Below, one piece after another: positions 48,688 to 59,311 of a stretch of DNA of 64,000 nt. The stretch is from positions 4,320,001 through 4,384,000 of the forward strand of contig OY829846.1 of NCBI GenBank assembly GCA_963691875.1, in the 5' to 3' direction. The stretch is from Aureliella sp. Its GTDB lineage: Bacteria; Planctomycetota; Planctomycetia; Pirellulales; Pirellulaceae. Below the pieces are notes generated by a model. It was not told where the DNA came from and made no database searches. It worked only from the letters and a program-made list of their open reading frames with translations. Each line of letters begins with the position of its first letter. Within the stretch, counting starts at the first letter, position 1. Position numbers and translations under genes: made by a program.

Positions 48688-50706
48688 ATGAAGAGACTAC
48701 TGTCTCTAGTCGCCGTGTTGGCGATCAGCCCCATCACTTTGGCTCAAGATGCCAAATTGGTTAGTGGTGTTGAGCTGGAGTACGTCAGCAAAGAACTCGC
48801 GCCGCAGGATGACTTTTACTCTTACGTCAACGAAGGTTGGCTAAAGAACACCGAGATTCCTTCGGATCAGTCGAACTGGGGTTCATTCTCGGTGATCGAC
48901 GACGAAGTGAAATCCAATATTCGAGCAATCATCGAAACCGCAGCTGCCTCCGAAGCAGAGAAAGGCTCTAACGCCCAGAAAGTCGGCGATTTCTTCAAGA
49001 GCCTAACCAACGTTGAGCTCCGCAACAAACTCGGCACGAAGCCTGTCGAGCCGATGTTGACTGATATCGCGGCGGTAAAAGACTCCAAAAGCATGGCCAA
49101 GATGGCGGCCAAGATGGCTCGCACTGGAATCTTTGGCCTCTTCGCCGGTTACATCCAGCCAGACTTGCGCAAGAGTACTCAATACGCGGTCTACTTCACG
49201 CACACTGGCATCACGCTTCCCGATCGAGATTACTACCTGGAAGACACTGCCGTTTACAAGAAGGCGCGGAAGGATCTTCAAGAATATATCATTGATATGA
49301 TGAAGGCCTTTGGCCAAGAAGATCCAGAAGGCGCAGCAGAGCGGATTGTTACCCTGGAAACTGAACTAGCAAAGATCTTCTGGGAACGCGAGAAGCTTCG
49401 TAATCCGGTCGCGACCTACAATGCTTCCAGCGAAGAGAGCTTTGTGGCGACCATGAGAAATTTTTCCATGGACGTGTTCCTGGAGGAAACCGGTCTGGCT
49501 GGCCAAGAGAAGTACATCGTTCGGCAGCCAGATTACTTTGCCAAACTCAATGAGTTGCTTGAATCGACTCCCATCTCGACTTGGAAGGAATATTACACCT
49601 TCCGCGTCGTCGATGCTTTCTCAGTCGACTTGACCGAAGAGTTGGAGAAGCGCCACTTCGCGTTCCATCAAACCGCTTTGACTGGCGTGGAAGAGCAAAA
49701 GCCGCTCTGGCGACGTGGTGTCGAGGGTTGCAATGCAGTTCTTGGAGAAGTGCTCGGCGAACTGTACGTCAAGAAGCATTTCCCGCCTGAAGCCAAGCGT
49801 CGGATGAACGAGTTGGTCGAGAACCTGAAGAGGGCATTTGCCAAACGAATCGTCGACCTGGAATGGATGACGCCAGCGACCAAGAAAGCGGCTCATGAAA
49901 AGCTATCGAAGTTCACCACCAAGATCGGCTATCCCGATGAGTGGAAAGACTACTCGAAGTTGGTGATCAAGGCGGACGACCTGGTTGGTAACTATATTCG
50001 TGCCAATCAGGTCGAATTCGACCGTCAGATCGAGAAGCTCGGTGGTCCGATCGATCGCAATGAGTGGTTTATGACTCCGCAGACGATCAATGCCTACTAC
50101 AATCCGACCATGAACGAGATTGTTTTCCCAGCAGCGATCCTTCAGCCTCCGTTCTTCAACTTGGAAGCCGATGACGCGGTCAACTATGGTGCGATTGGTG
50201 GTGTGATCGGGCACGAATTGAGCCACGGTTTTGATGATAGTGGAAGCCAATTTGATGGTGATGGCAATCTTCGCAACTGGTGGGGAGAGAATGATCGCCA
50301 AGAGTTTGAAAAACGAGCGGACCAGCTTGTAGCTCAATACGATGCGTTTGAACCATTCCCAGGATTGCACGTCAAAGGTCGTTTCACCTTGGGCGAAAAT
50401 ATCGGCGACTTGGGCGGGATGGCTGTTGCCTACGAAGCCTATCAGCTGTCACTGAATGGCAAAGAAGCGCTGAAGATGGATGGCTTGAGCGGAAATCAGC
50501 GATTCTTCCACGGCTGGGCTCAAGTATGGCGTCGTTTGTATCGTGATGCGGAGCTTCGTCGTCGCTTGGACGTCGACCCACACTCGCCTAGCAAGTATCG
50601 TTGCAATGGCATTTTGTCCAACATGGACGCCTTCTACGATACCTTTGAGATCAAACCTGGGTCCGGTATGTACATTGCTCCAGAAGATCGAGTTCGAATC
50701 TGGTAA
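48688..50706 (+). CDS. M13 family metallopeptidase (PepO/neprilysin-like)
   Basis: INAYY, GHELSHGFD, GENIGDLGG, DPHSP. Confidence 0.95.
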   Translation: MKRLLSLVAVLAISPITLAQDAKLVSGVELEYVSKELAPQDDFYSYVNEGWLKNTEIPSDQSNWGSFSVIDDEVKSNIRAIIETAAASEAEKGSNAQKVGDFFKSLTNVELRNKLGTKPVEPMLTDIAAVKDSKSMAKMAAKMARTGIFGLFAGYIQPDLRKSTQYAVYFTHTGITLPDRDYYLEDTAVYKKARKDLQEYIIDMMKAFGQEDPEGAAERIVTLETELAKIFWEREKLRNPVATYNASSEESFVATMRNFSMDVFLEETGLAGQEKYIVRQPDYFAKLNELLESTPISTWKEYYTFRVVDAFSVDLTEELEKRHFAFHQTALTGVEEQKPLWRRGVEGCNAVLGEVLGELYVKKHFPPEAKRRMNELVENLKRAFAKRIVDLEWMTPATKKAAHEKLSKFTTKIGYPDEWKDYSKLVIKADDLVGNYIRANQVEFDRQIEKLGGPIDRNEWFMTPQTINAYYNPTMNEIVFPAAILQPPFFNLEADDAVNYGAIGGVIGHELSHGFDDSGSQFDGDGNLRNWWGENDRQEFEKRADQLVAQYDAFEPFPGLHVKGRFTLGENIGDLGGMAVAYEAYQLSLNGKEALKMDGLSGNQRFFHGWAQVWRRLYRDAELRRRLDVDPHSPSKYRCNGILSNMDAFYDTFEIKPGSGMYIAPEDRVRIW

Positions 50707-50734
50707 TCGATCGACTCCCAGACGCATTTTCATC

Positions 50735-50778
50735 AAAGACCCTGCCAGGCATTTGCTTGGCAGGGTCTTTCTCATTTT
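50735..50778 (+). terminator. Intrinsic terminator
   Basis: AAAGACCCTGCCAGGC-ATTT-GCTTGGCAGGGTCTTT followed by CTCATTTT. Confidence 0.8.
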
Positions 50779-50992
50779 CGCCTGTGTATCCCTAAAAAAG
50801 GGGCCGCGAGGGGTGAGCACAGCACGAGTAACGCATTGCTAAGCACGGAGTATTGCTTCACTGAGGTGTCGTCGTCTCGCGCAGCGTGATCAGAGTAGGA
50901 TGTTCTCACAAGGTTTGACGTTTCAAGGGCGAGGGTCTAGCATCTGACGGCAGCAGTGGTTTTTCGTTGGATCCCTTGGAAAGTTAGAAACC

Positions 50993-52372
50993 TTGACCGC
51001 ATCTCCTTCTCGCAGTGGTGTCTTTCAAGCAGCCTCGGATGAGCGTCTCGAAGCCTTTGGTGAAAGCATCAGTTTCGATCATCGCCTCTTTCGCCAGGAC
51101 GTACGAGGCTCGATCGCCCATGCGCGAATGCTTTGCCAGCAGGGTATGCTCAGCGAGGAAGAATTCCAGGCTATCGAAGCGGGACTGAGAGAGATCGAGC
51201 AAGAAATCGCCGACGGCAAGATGGCCTTCCGCAATGAGCTCGAAGACATCCACATGCACATCGAAAACGCTCTCATCGAGCGACTGGGCGATGTGGGGCG
51301 GAAACTGCATACGGCTCGGAGCCGAAATGATCAAGTAAACACAGACTTTCGTCTGTGGGTGCGCGAAGCTCTTGATCGGGTAGATTCACTCCTGGAAAAT
51401 CTGCAGCTGGCCTTCTTAAGTCGTTGCGAGCGTGACATGGATGTCATCCTCCCTGCCTATACCCATCTGCAGCGAGCTCAACCGGTGCTCGCGCCACACT
51501 ATTGGTTAGCGTACGTGGAAAAGTTTCAGCGAGATCGCGAACGCGTCGCTGACTGTCGTAAGCGAGTCAACGTGTGCGGCCTAGGCTCGGCAGCCTGCGC
51601 GGGGACAACTTTGCCGATCGATCGCGAGATGACAGCCAAAGAGTTGGAGTTTGAAGTAGTCAGTGCGAATAGCATTGATGTGAGCAGCGATCGCGATTTT
51701 GTGATCGAGTCCGCCTTCGTGCTTTCGTTGATCGCAGGACATTTGAGCGGATGGGCTGAGGAGTGGATTTTGTGGTCCACCGTGGAGTTCAACTTCATCG
51801 AGCTACCACATCAGTTCTGTACTGGTTCGTCGATCATGCCGCAGAAGGTCAACCCAGACACCCTGGAGCTGACGCGAGGAAAATCAGCACGAGTCATTGG
51901 TAACTTGCAGACACTGATGGTGCTCGTGAAAGGTCTGCCTCTCGCCTACAACCGCGATTTGCAAGAAGACAAACCGCCGTTGTTTGATTCCTTTGATACC
52001 ATCGAAGCATGCTTGGAGCTGGCGATCCCCATCGTCGCTGAGTCCGAACTGCAACGAGAATCAATCGCTAGCCGGTTGGACGAGGGCTACTTGGATGCGA
52101 CGACTTTGATGGAGTATTTGATACAGACTGGGATTCCCCAAAGAACGGCTCACCACTTGGTCGGAAAACTGGTTGGCATGGCTCAGCAGAGGCGAGTGCG
52201 TTTGGCGGATTTGACAGAGGAGCAGCTTAAAGACGCGCATCAAGACCTCAATTTGAGCGTTCGCGAAGTCCTGGGGATGGAAAAAGCCGTATCTGCCTAC
52301 CAAAGTTATGGATCAAGCAATCCAGAAGAAGTGCGATCTCAGGTAAATCAGTGGAATAAGCAATTACAATAA
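50993..52372 (+). CDS. argH: Argininosuccinate lyase
   Basis: EDIHM, HTARSRNDQV, THLQRAQP, GSSIMPQKVNPD, YNRDLQEDK. Confidence 0.97.
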   Translation: MTASPSRSGVFQAASDERLEAFGESISFDHRLFRQDVRGSIAHARMLCQQGMLSEEEFQAIEAGLREIEQEIADGKMAFRNELEDIHMHIENALIERLGDVGRKLHTARSRNDQVNTDFRLWVREALDRVDSLLENLQLAFLSRCERDMDVILPAYTHLQRAQPVLAPHYWLAYVEKFQRDRERVADCRKRVNVCGLGSAACAGTTLPIDREMTAKELEFEVVSANSIDVSSDRDFVIESAFVLSLIAGHLSGWAEEWILWSTVEFNFIELPHQFCTGSSIMPQKVNPDTLELTRGKSARVIGNLQTLMVLVKGLPLAYNRDLQEDKPPLFDSFDTIEACLELAIPIVAESELQRESIASRLDEGYLDATTLMEYLIQTGIPQRTAHHLVGKLVGMAQQRRVRLADLTEEQLKDAHQDLNLSVREVLGMEKAVSAYQSYGSSNPEEVRSQVNQWNKQLQ

Positions 52373-52413
52373 GCTAGGCTACCTGCGCAAAATCTCTTCT
52401 TTGTGATTCACCT

Positions 52414-54750
52414 ATGAATAAACAGCGCTGCTTTTTTCTCTTTGCTTCCCTGGCTTTTTTACTGTTCGCTGCAGGTCACTTGCATGCACAAGGTGAGGAT
52501 CCGTTTGGGGGCCCAGTGGCTGATCCCTTTGGCTCCGCGCCGAAAGGCCAAGATCCTTTCGGAAGTGGCAATTCTGGCAGCACCGGAGCAATGGATGCCT
52601 TTGGTGCTTTCGGTGGTAACAATAACGCCGTTGCTCCAGCAGCGGATGCAGGGACGGATCTGAATGAGGAAAGAGATCCTGTCGTTCAGCTTCTTCGAAG
52701 CGATCCCCCGAAGAATCCGAAAGACATGGCAAAGGGCCTTGTCTGGATGATCCGAATCAAACGCTGGGACGAAGTAGGGCGCCTATTGGATTCCGTCGCA
52801 GGATTCAATTGGAACGATGCGCAAAAAGTCAGTCTGTCACGCGGAGTTGGTTCAGCGAATTGGATCAGGCTAAAGAGTGAAGATGTCACGCTTTCTGATC
52901 CGCAGTCAGTCTTGGCCTCTGAGCTGATGGTTCTCCCTTCGCAGATCGCCAAAAACCCTCGTTGGATAGAAGGGTTGATTTCACAGTTGGCAAGTCCAAG
53001 CGTTAACGTGCGGCGCATGGCGACACTCAGGCTGTATGACTCCGGTTCCCTGGGTATTCAGTCTCTTGTGAATCATTTGCTTGCGGGTGACACTCCGGTC
53101 AAGCCGGCAGTTTTGTGTTCAACAGCGCTGAGTTTTGGCTCCGAAGGTGTTGAGGCACTGAGCGCGGCTTGTGGGGCTATGGATCCCGCAAAATCATCAC
53201 GCGTGGTTATGGCCGTTGCTACTACCGCAGAACGTGAGTTTGCATTAGAGATCGCTGCTGGACTGATCAACACCAAAACGTCTGTCGCAGACAAAGAAGC
53301 GCTGGTAAAGCAAGTGGCTTCTTTTTCATCGATTCCAAAGCCGGATGCGATCAACACTCAGCTCGCGGCAGTTTTCGCATCGCGGCTCGAGGCCTATCAA
53401 CGTGCGAGGGTGACTCCGAATCTTGGGAGTCGGCGCGTCTGGCGATTAGACGCTTCGAGAAACGCTGTCATGTTCGTTGATGCAGCCGAAGAAAACGGAG
53501 CTCTCACAAGACTAGCCGAGGTTGCTGTTATGCAGCTGCGAGCTGGCGGCACGAATGAGTCGACGACCGTCAATGCGCTGATCGCGCTGCTGCAGAGTGA
53601 GTATCAGTGGAATCCAACCGTGCATCCTGCGAGTTTCAATCCTCAGCAGAGTCTACCGGAAGTGGATCCCTCATTGCTCACGCTGGAGCGACTGAAGACT
53701 GCCTTTGAGAGGGCCAGTGAGTTGCAGATGCATGGTTCAGCGATTCTGGCGATGCAGCTTTTGCCCAAGCAATTGGATGCGCCTACCTTGGGGTTCTTGA
53801 GCGATGCACTTGCAGATTCTCGACCAATCATTCGCTATATGGCTCTCGAGAGTTTGCAAAAGTTGGATCCTAAACAGGATTTTCGAGGTTCAAGCCAAGC
53901 TGTGCGTACAGCGATCGAAATGTCGAAGCTAGCGAGTGGTCCCCACACTTTGGTAATTGGTCTTCAAGCAGATCTGAGGCAGACAGCGGCTGAGCAGATT
54001 CAAATGATTACGACAGCCGAGGTAACTGTGGTGAAGAGCGCCAAAGCTGCCCTGCTTGCGCTTGAGGGCGATCGGCCGGTAGAGTTGATTGTGATTTGTG
54101 ATCGTGTCCGAGATCAGACTCTATTTGAGTTTCTGCAGCGAGTTCGGAATTCCGCCAAGGGCGAGGCTTTGCCAATTGCTATTCTCATCGAACAATTGAA
54201 GCCTTACGAAGAACGGCTGATTGGGAGTTTAGGTGGAGTTGTGCGTTCTTTGCTGACAACCGATCCCGCTCAGATGCGTCGCGTAGTTAGCCAGCTGCTT
54301 GGTGAATTGGACAGTGAACCACTGAGTGAAATCGACCGCTCCGAGTTTGCTGCTGCGGCGATGCGATTCTTGTCGCAAATCACAAGTGATCGCGAAACCT
54401 ATTCGTTCTATTCCGTTAGCGGTGTACGGGCGGCACTTGCTCAAACCGTCAAATCCTTGGTCGGTCCACAAAGGGCAAGCATTCTTTCTGGAATGGGCAC
54501 GTCGGACAGTCAATTAGAGTTGGTTGAGTTGGCGGCCGCCGGCGATGAGGCAGAGCGCCTGCTCGCAGCCAAGGCGTTTGCAGTATCGGTGAAGCGCTTT
54601 GGAAATCAACTTGGGAAAGCAGGTGTGAAGCAGAGCTACGAGCTTTACAACGATCTAGGTCCGAAAGATCCGTCAAACATGCGAATTCTTGGATTCGTTT
54701 TGGACGTGATCGAGGCTCAAGCTGGCGAACGCGACTGGCCAGCCCTCTAG
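52414..54750 (+). CDS. Secreted HEAT-repeat protein with N-terminal DPF repeats and a receiver-like domain
   Basis: Signal peptide, three DPFG repeats, HEAT-like helices (LADSRPIIRYMALESL), VELIVICD..FLQRVRNS..LPIAIL. Confidence 0.7.
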   Translation: MNKQRCFFLFASLAFLLFAAGHLHAQGEDPFGGPVADPFGSAPKGQDPFGSGNSGSTGAMDAFGAFGGNNNAVAPAADAGTDLNEERDPVVQLLRSDPPKNPKDMAKGLVWMIRIKRWDEVGRLLDSVAGFNWNDAQKVSLSRGVGSANWIRLKSEDVTLSDPQSVLASELMVLPSQIAKNPRWIEGLISQLASPSVNVRRMATLRLYDSGSLGIQSLVNHLLAGDTPVKPAVLCSTALSFGSEGVEALSAACGAMDPAKSSRVVMAVATTAEREFALEIAAGLINTKTSVADKEALVKQVASFSSIPKPDAINTQLAAVFASRLEAYQRARVTPNLGSRRVWRLDASRNAVMFVDAAEENGALTRLAEVAVMQLRAGGTNESTTVNALIALLQSEYQWNPTVHPASFNPQQSLPEVDPSLLTLERLKTAFERASELQMHGSAILAMQLLPKQLDAPTLGFLSDALADSRPIIRYMALESLQKLDPKQDFRGSSQAVRTAIEMSKLASGPHTLVIGLQADLRQTAAEQIQMITTAEVTVVKSAKAALLALEGDRPVELIVICDRVRDQTLFEFLQRVRNSAKGEALPIAILIEQLKPYEERLIGSLGGVVRSLLTTDPAQMRRVVSQLLGELDSEPLSEIDRSEFAAAAMRFLSQITSDRETYSFYSVSGVRAALAQTVKSLVGPQRASILSGMGTSDSQLELVELAAAGDEAERLLAAKAFAVSVKRFGNQLGKAGVKQSYELYNDLGPKDPSNMRILGFVLDVIEAQAGERDWPAL

Positions 54751-55232
54751 TCTTTGTGTTGCTGAGTTCGTGGGCGGACACTCACTAGATTTACATCCGA
54801 TGGACGATGGTCGAAGAAAGTCTTGGTGCCTTAATTACGATTTCTTCCTACTTGCCGAGTACCGAGAACTCTCGTTTAAAGGCTATTGGTCCGGATTCTG
54901 ACTTTGCGTAGCAGTGGTGTTTGCAATCACTCCATTGTTACGTCATTCTTGCTCAAGGAATAGGCAATTCTAATCAGTTGGTAATGCCGTCTTTTGGGGC
55001 TATTTCGAAAGCCTGCTGGCTTTGTCTACAATGAACCGTTGGAATGCTGTGCAGCTTGCCCGGTTGTTCGTTCAATGGCTGGCAAAGTTACGTACCTCAA
55101 GCAAGGGTGTCGTCGCTAGCGGAACGACATTGAGGTAGGTGGCTAGTAGTTGTGCACATGTTCAGCAAGGGCGCGATCATCACGAATGCTCGCCGCCACC
55201 CATTCGCTTTCCTCCTGAGGCACACGACAGAA

Positions 55233-56324
55233 ATGTCGCGCTATGGATTTCAAACTGTTTCTGAGGAGCCGGATTCACCGTTAGACGGTATCATCGGTTC
55301 TAGCCCAGCAATGGAAGAGGTCTACAAAACGACTCGCCGCGTGGCTCGCAGCAACGCTTCGGTGCTGTTGCTGGGAGAGACTGGAACGGGGAAAGAGCTA
55401 ATCGCGAGTGCAATCCACGGTCTCAGCGATCGTAGCTCAGGGCCCTTTGTTAAAGTTAATTGTGGCGCGTTGAGCGAAAGCTTGCTGGAAAGCGAGCTGT
55501 TTGGGCACGTTCGTGGTGCGTTCACCAGTGCTGTAAGCAATCGAACTGGACGCTTTGAAGCAGCGCATAGCGGCACGATCTTCCTCGACGAGATCAATAG
55601 CACTTCCCTGATCCTCCAGGTCAAGCTGCTGCGAGTTCTGCAGGAACGCGAGTTCGAGCGAGTTGGCGACACGACCACGATTACAGTCGATACACGCGTC
55701 ATTGCTGCGAGTAACCGTGATTTGACTAACGAAGTGCAGGAAGAGCGGTTTCGAGAAGACCTCTACTGGCGGCTCAATGTAGTCCCTGTGCAGATTCCGC
55801 CGTTGCGAAAACGAACCGAAGACATCCCGGCGCTCGTGGCTCATTTCCTGAATCATTACAGTGAAGCCAACAATCGCTATGTAGTGCATATTCAGCCGGA
55901 AGCAGTCGAGGCGATGCAGCAGTATCACTGGCCGGGTAATGTCCGCGAGTTACAAAACTACGTGGAGCGGGCCGTTGTGATGGCTGATGGCGATGAGCTG
56001 ACTCTGGATCTGCTACCAGACGTTGTGCGTGGCCGCAGTGGCGGACAAGGAACGGTTAGCGTGCGTGGAATCGACCTGGAAACTTTGACTAAGGAGCTAG
56101 TAGACCAGGGTGTTCAAACGGCTGAGCGCGAAAAGCAGAACATTCATGGGTTTGTCGTCAACAACGTGGAAAAAGAGCTTATCTCTCAAGTCCTTGCCAG
56201 CTGCAACTACGTGCAAACTAAAACGGCAGCCAAGCTCGGAATCAATCGTAATACGCTTCATAAGAAGTTAAAGGATTACGATTTGGAAGGCTCGTCCGCG
56301 GAAGATAAGAATGAGAATTCTTAG
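55233..56324 (+). CDS. Sigma-54-dependent enhancer-binding protein (AAA+ and Fis HTH), no N-terminal regulatory domain
   Basis: GETGTGKE, ESELFGH, GAFTSA, FLDEI, WPGNVREL, AAKLGINRNTL. Confidence 0.92.
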   Translation: MSRYGFQTVSEEPDSPLDGIIGSSPAMEEVYKTTRRVARSNASVLLLGETGTGKELIASAIHGLSDRSSGPFVKVNCGALSESLLESELFGHVRGAFTSAVSNRTGRFEAAHSGTIFLDEINSTSLILQVKLLRVLQEREFERVGDTTTITVDTRVIAASNRDLTNEVQEERFREDLYWRLNVVPVQIPPLRKRTEDIPALVAHFLNHYSEANNRYVVHIQPEAVEAMQQYHWPGNVRELQNYVERAVVMADGDELTLDLLPDVVRGRSGGQGTVSVRGIDLETLTKELVDQGVQTAEREKQNIHGFVVNNVEKELISQVLASCNYVQTKTAAKLGINRNTLHKKLKDYDLEGSSAEDKNENS

Positions 56325-56484
56325 GGCAATCAGCGCCACGCGATAGTTTTGCTAGCGAAGTGCCGATAACGATCAAGCTTCGGCATGCGCTTGTTGATTC
56401 AGTCTACAACTAAGATTGTCGGTTGTAGCGATTTTTCGGTCGCAACTCCATATTTAGCCGCCGAAGTCACTGGGTGGCGAACAC

Positions 56485-57453
56485 ATGATCTTCCGCGCAC
56501 AAGCTCGATTAGGAATGCTGCTGGGCAGTATTGCGTTGACGTGCGCGGTTTCGTTTCCAAACGCAACTCGAAGCGACGAATTTCCAATTCTGCGACCTCC
56601 CACGCTGGGTGGTGCCGGTCATTGGTCTGATTATGTGCTGCACGGCGATTGGCGAATCCAAAAGCATGCCAACAGCAACGATTATCGCTTGTTAGACGGT
56701 CTGAACCGCAAGGTGACCGTAGGCTCGGTTCACGACTGCTTTCTCGCTCTAGACGAACATCGAGCTTCAGGGGAAGCTCCTCCGATGCCTAAGCATGTCG
56801 TGGTCGTTATGCATGGCCTGGCAGGTTCTCGAGCCTTGATGAGTGGACTTGAGCGATACTTGGAGCGAGAAGGTGGCTACACCGTTCTAAACTTCGGTTA
56901 TGCCTCCACCAAGGGCACGATCCAGGAGCATACGCTTGCACTTGAAAGTGTGCTGAGAAACTTACAGGGCGTTGAGGAGATAAGTCTCGTTGCACACAGT
57001 ATGTCGAACATCATGTTCCGTCACTTGCTGTTTCGCGCCCAGTATCAGAGCGTCCCGCTGCCAGTAAGTATTCGTAGGATGGTGATGATCAGCCCGCCGA
57101 ATCACGGCTCGGCTTTGGCGGACTCTCTTGGTCAGCGGGCGTATGTGCAATTTTTACTTGGTGCGTCCGTAAATCAGTTTGCTCGTAGCCAGCAGTGGTA
57201 CAGGCTTGAACAACAGCTGGCGGTTCCAGGGTGTGAGTTCGGGATCATTGCTGGTGGTCGTGGGAACGATATAGGTTATCTGTCTGCGATTCCTGGCGAT
57301 GACGATGGGATCGTCGAGATCAATTCTCACTACTTGCCCGGGGCCAGTGATTTCATTCAGACCGGTGGGCTTCACCACGTCATGCCTCTGTATCCTGATA
57401 CTCGACGGGCCACATTAAGCTTTCTCAAGTGCGGGCATTTTCGGAAGCGTTGA
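56485..57453 (+). CDS. Alpha/beta hydrolase (lipase/esterase-like), secreted
   Basis: VMHGL, VAHSMS nucleophile elbow, PPNHGS, DDGIV, LHH. Confidence 0.8.
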   Translation: MIFRAQARLGMLLGSIALTCAVSFPNATRSDEFPILRPPTLGGAGHWSDYVLHGDWRIQKHANSNDYRLLDGLNRKVTVGSVHDCFLALDEHRASGEAPPMPKHVVVVMHGLAGSRALMSGLERYLEREGGYTVLNFGYASTKGTIQEHTLALESVLRNLQGVEEISLVAHSMSNIMFRHLLFRAQYQSVPLPVSIRRMVMISPPNHGSALADSLGQRAYVQFLLGASVNQFARSQQWYRLEQQLAVPGCEFGIIAGGRGNDIGYLSAIPGDDDGIVEINSHYLPGASDFIQTGGLHHVMPLYPDTRRATLSFLKCGHFRKR

Positions 57454-57635
57454 ATTGCGCGTCAGGGCAATACACGTAGCGTCAGCCAGTGAGTCTTCAT
57501 ACTATTTCTACGCAGATCAGCCCAAGCACGTCGTCGGCTTCGGATTGGCGGAATCGAGCTCCGCTACCGGATCGTTGCCTAATCGACTACTGCCAAAAGT
57601 CCTGACGACTTCGGCTACAGGTGACTCTTGGGCAG

Positions 57636-58715
57636 CTATAGCCCAATCGATGGAACGACGGCTCGAGCGGGAGCTTTGAGGATATTCTCCATGTCCACTT
57701 GAAGGCGTGTCGAGCCGCCACAGGAATAAGAACCGGTCGGAGAGGAACCAAATGCAGTTTGGCAGACCTGTGAGATCATTCTGACGCTCGCTAAATGCTC
57801 TTTCATATAATGCGAGCGTCCAACGTCTTCCGTTAGCAGCTGCTGGCAAAGCTTGTGAGCGTTTATGCCCAAGCGTGAAGCGCAGATTCCGGTGTAGCCC
57901 ATCGCTTGCTGGTCGCGACAAGATTGTATCGGCCAGCGTTTGAGAGTGGCGTCTCTCGTGTTGTAAGTCGTGTGGAGCTTCTCAATCGGATAAGCGGCCA
58001 TTTCGTATCGATGGCCAGAATACAGATGGTCGTTATCCATCGCCGGTGATATGAGCGACAGCCGCAGGTTGATGCGTTCATCTGGAGAACCACCAGCCAA
58101 AGTTTGTCCATTCAAGCTACCACCGCCAAGGTAATGAGCTGCTACGACTGCACAGGTCGCTCCGAAGCTGTGGCCGCCCAAAGTCAATGGGAGCTCAGTG
58201 CTCATTTGCTGAGCCAGTTTGGCCACGTAGTAGCCCTGTCGCTCGGTGTAGTTGTACTTGGTGCGGATATTTTTACGCACGAGTTTAATCGGCGTTACAA
58301 GAGGTCGCTTATGCACCCACTCAGCTGGCCACGACCAAAAAACGAACAACTTGGGGCCAGGGCAAACTCTCAATCGCTCATAGACTTTCCAAGCGGACTT
58401 CATCGCATTCTTGTGGTCCAGCGAATTGCCGTGAACGAAGATTAATGTTGCAAGCTGGGATTGCCTCTCCAGTAGTGCTTGTCGAGTTTCTTCTTGAAAG
58501 GAGTTTGTCTCCATACACCAACGCTTAAAGGTCAGTGCCTCAAATCCTTCGTCCAGATTATTACAACGCGGAGCGCAGCGTGAGTTGACGACCCAGAATT
58601 CCGGACTGCTGTGCTCGCAGAGGCTGCATTCTTGAGCCGATGCGGGACTCGATAGATTCGGCCACGCGAGCAGGAATAGCAAGGCAAGAGACAAAGAGTG
58701 TGAGTGGGCAATCAT
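57636..58715 (-). CDS. Alpha/beta hydrolase (DUF900-like), secreted
   Basis: IFVHGN, WSWP, GHSFG, RSH; signal peptide. Confidence 0.75.
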   Translation of the reverse strand: MIAHSHSLSLALLFLLAWPNLSSPASAQECSLCEHSSPEFWVVNSRCAPRCNNLDEGFEALTFKRWCMETNSFQEETRQALLERQSQLATLIFVHGNSLDHKNAMKSAWKVYERLRVCPGPKLFVFWSWPAEWVHKRPLVTPIKLVRKNIRTKYNYTERQGYYVAKLAQQMSTELPLTLGGHSFGATCAVVAAHYLGGGSLNGQTLAGGSPDERINLRLSLISPAMDNDHLYSGHRYEMAAYPIEKLHTTYNTRDATLKRWPIQSCRDQQAMGYTGICASRLGINAHKLCQQLLTEDVGRSHYMKEHLASVRMISQVCQTAFGSSPTGSYSCGGSTRLQVDMENILKAPARAVVPSIGL

Positions 58716-58927
58716 GTCAGTGTTCCGCGCAGGACGTGAGGAAGTGACACAGACTCCGTTATGCATCATGGAAAGGTACCCGGTCGTGGGGGCTTCAAGC
58801 AGAGCAGTAGGCTGCAATCTGAGTATTATGCGTGAAAGTAGAACGCTGGCTCCCGACAATTACTACATTCGGAAGGTCTAGTTGATGCGGATTTTGATTC
58901 AAGCTACGCGAAAGGGCGTCTTGGCTC

Positions 58928-59311
58928 TCAGCCTTCTTCGATTTCCTCCTGGAGCCGCCGGACCAAATCAGCACGGGAGAGACTGCTTGCTCGCACAGAA
59001 GTGACGTCAAGATCCAGATAGGTGCCGAGTTTCATCGCCAGATCCACGTCACGAATTCCTTCGTATTGGTTCGTGCGCTCTACTCGATTGCCAATCTGTT
59101 CGTAAATCGTTTGGGAGTCGATCGAAAAATCCGACTCAAAACAATCCTCAAGCTCCTCAATCCAAGCGGCTGGTATGCCCCGCTGCTGACAGAGTTCGAG
59201 GGACCAAATCTCGTCTCCGGTGCATTCAGATAGAAGCTGCAAAGCTGTCAGTCGAGTGAACAACTTGGTGGAGCCCTTTCGTTCAAAGTGAAGACCTCGG
59301 CTGAGAAGCAC
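58928..59311 (-). CDS. Hypothetical protein
   Basis: 127-aa ORF abutting the DUF480 stop; protein-like sequence (CTGDEIWS, NQYEGIRDVDLA). Confidence 0.7.
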   Translation of the reverse strand: MLLSRGLHFERKGSTKLFTRLTALQLLSECTGDEIWSLELCQQRGIPAAWIEELEDCFESDFSIDSQTIYEQIGNRVERTNQYEGIRDVDLAMKLGTYLDLDVTSVRASSLSRADLVRRLQEEIEEG

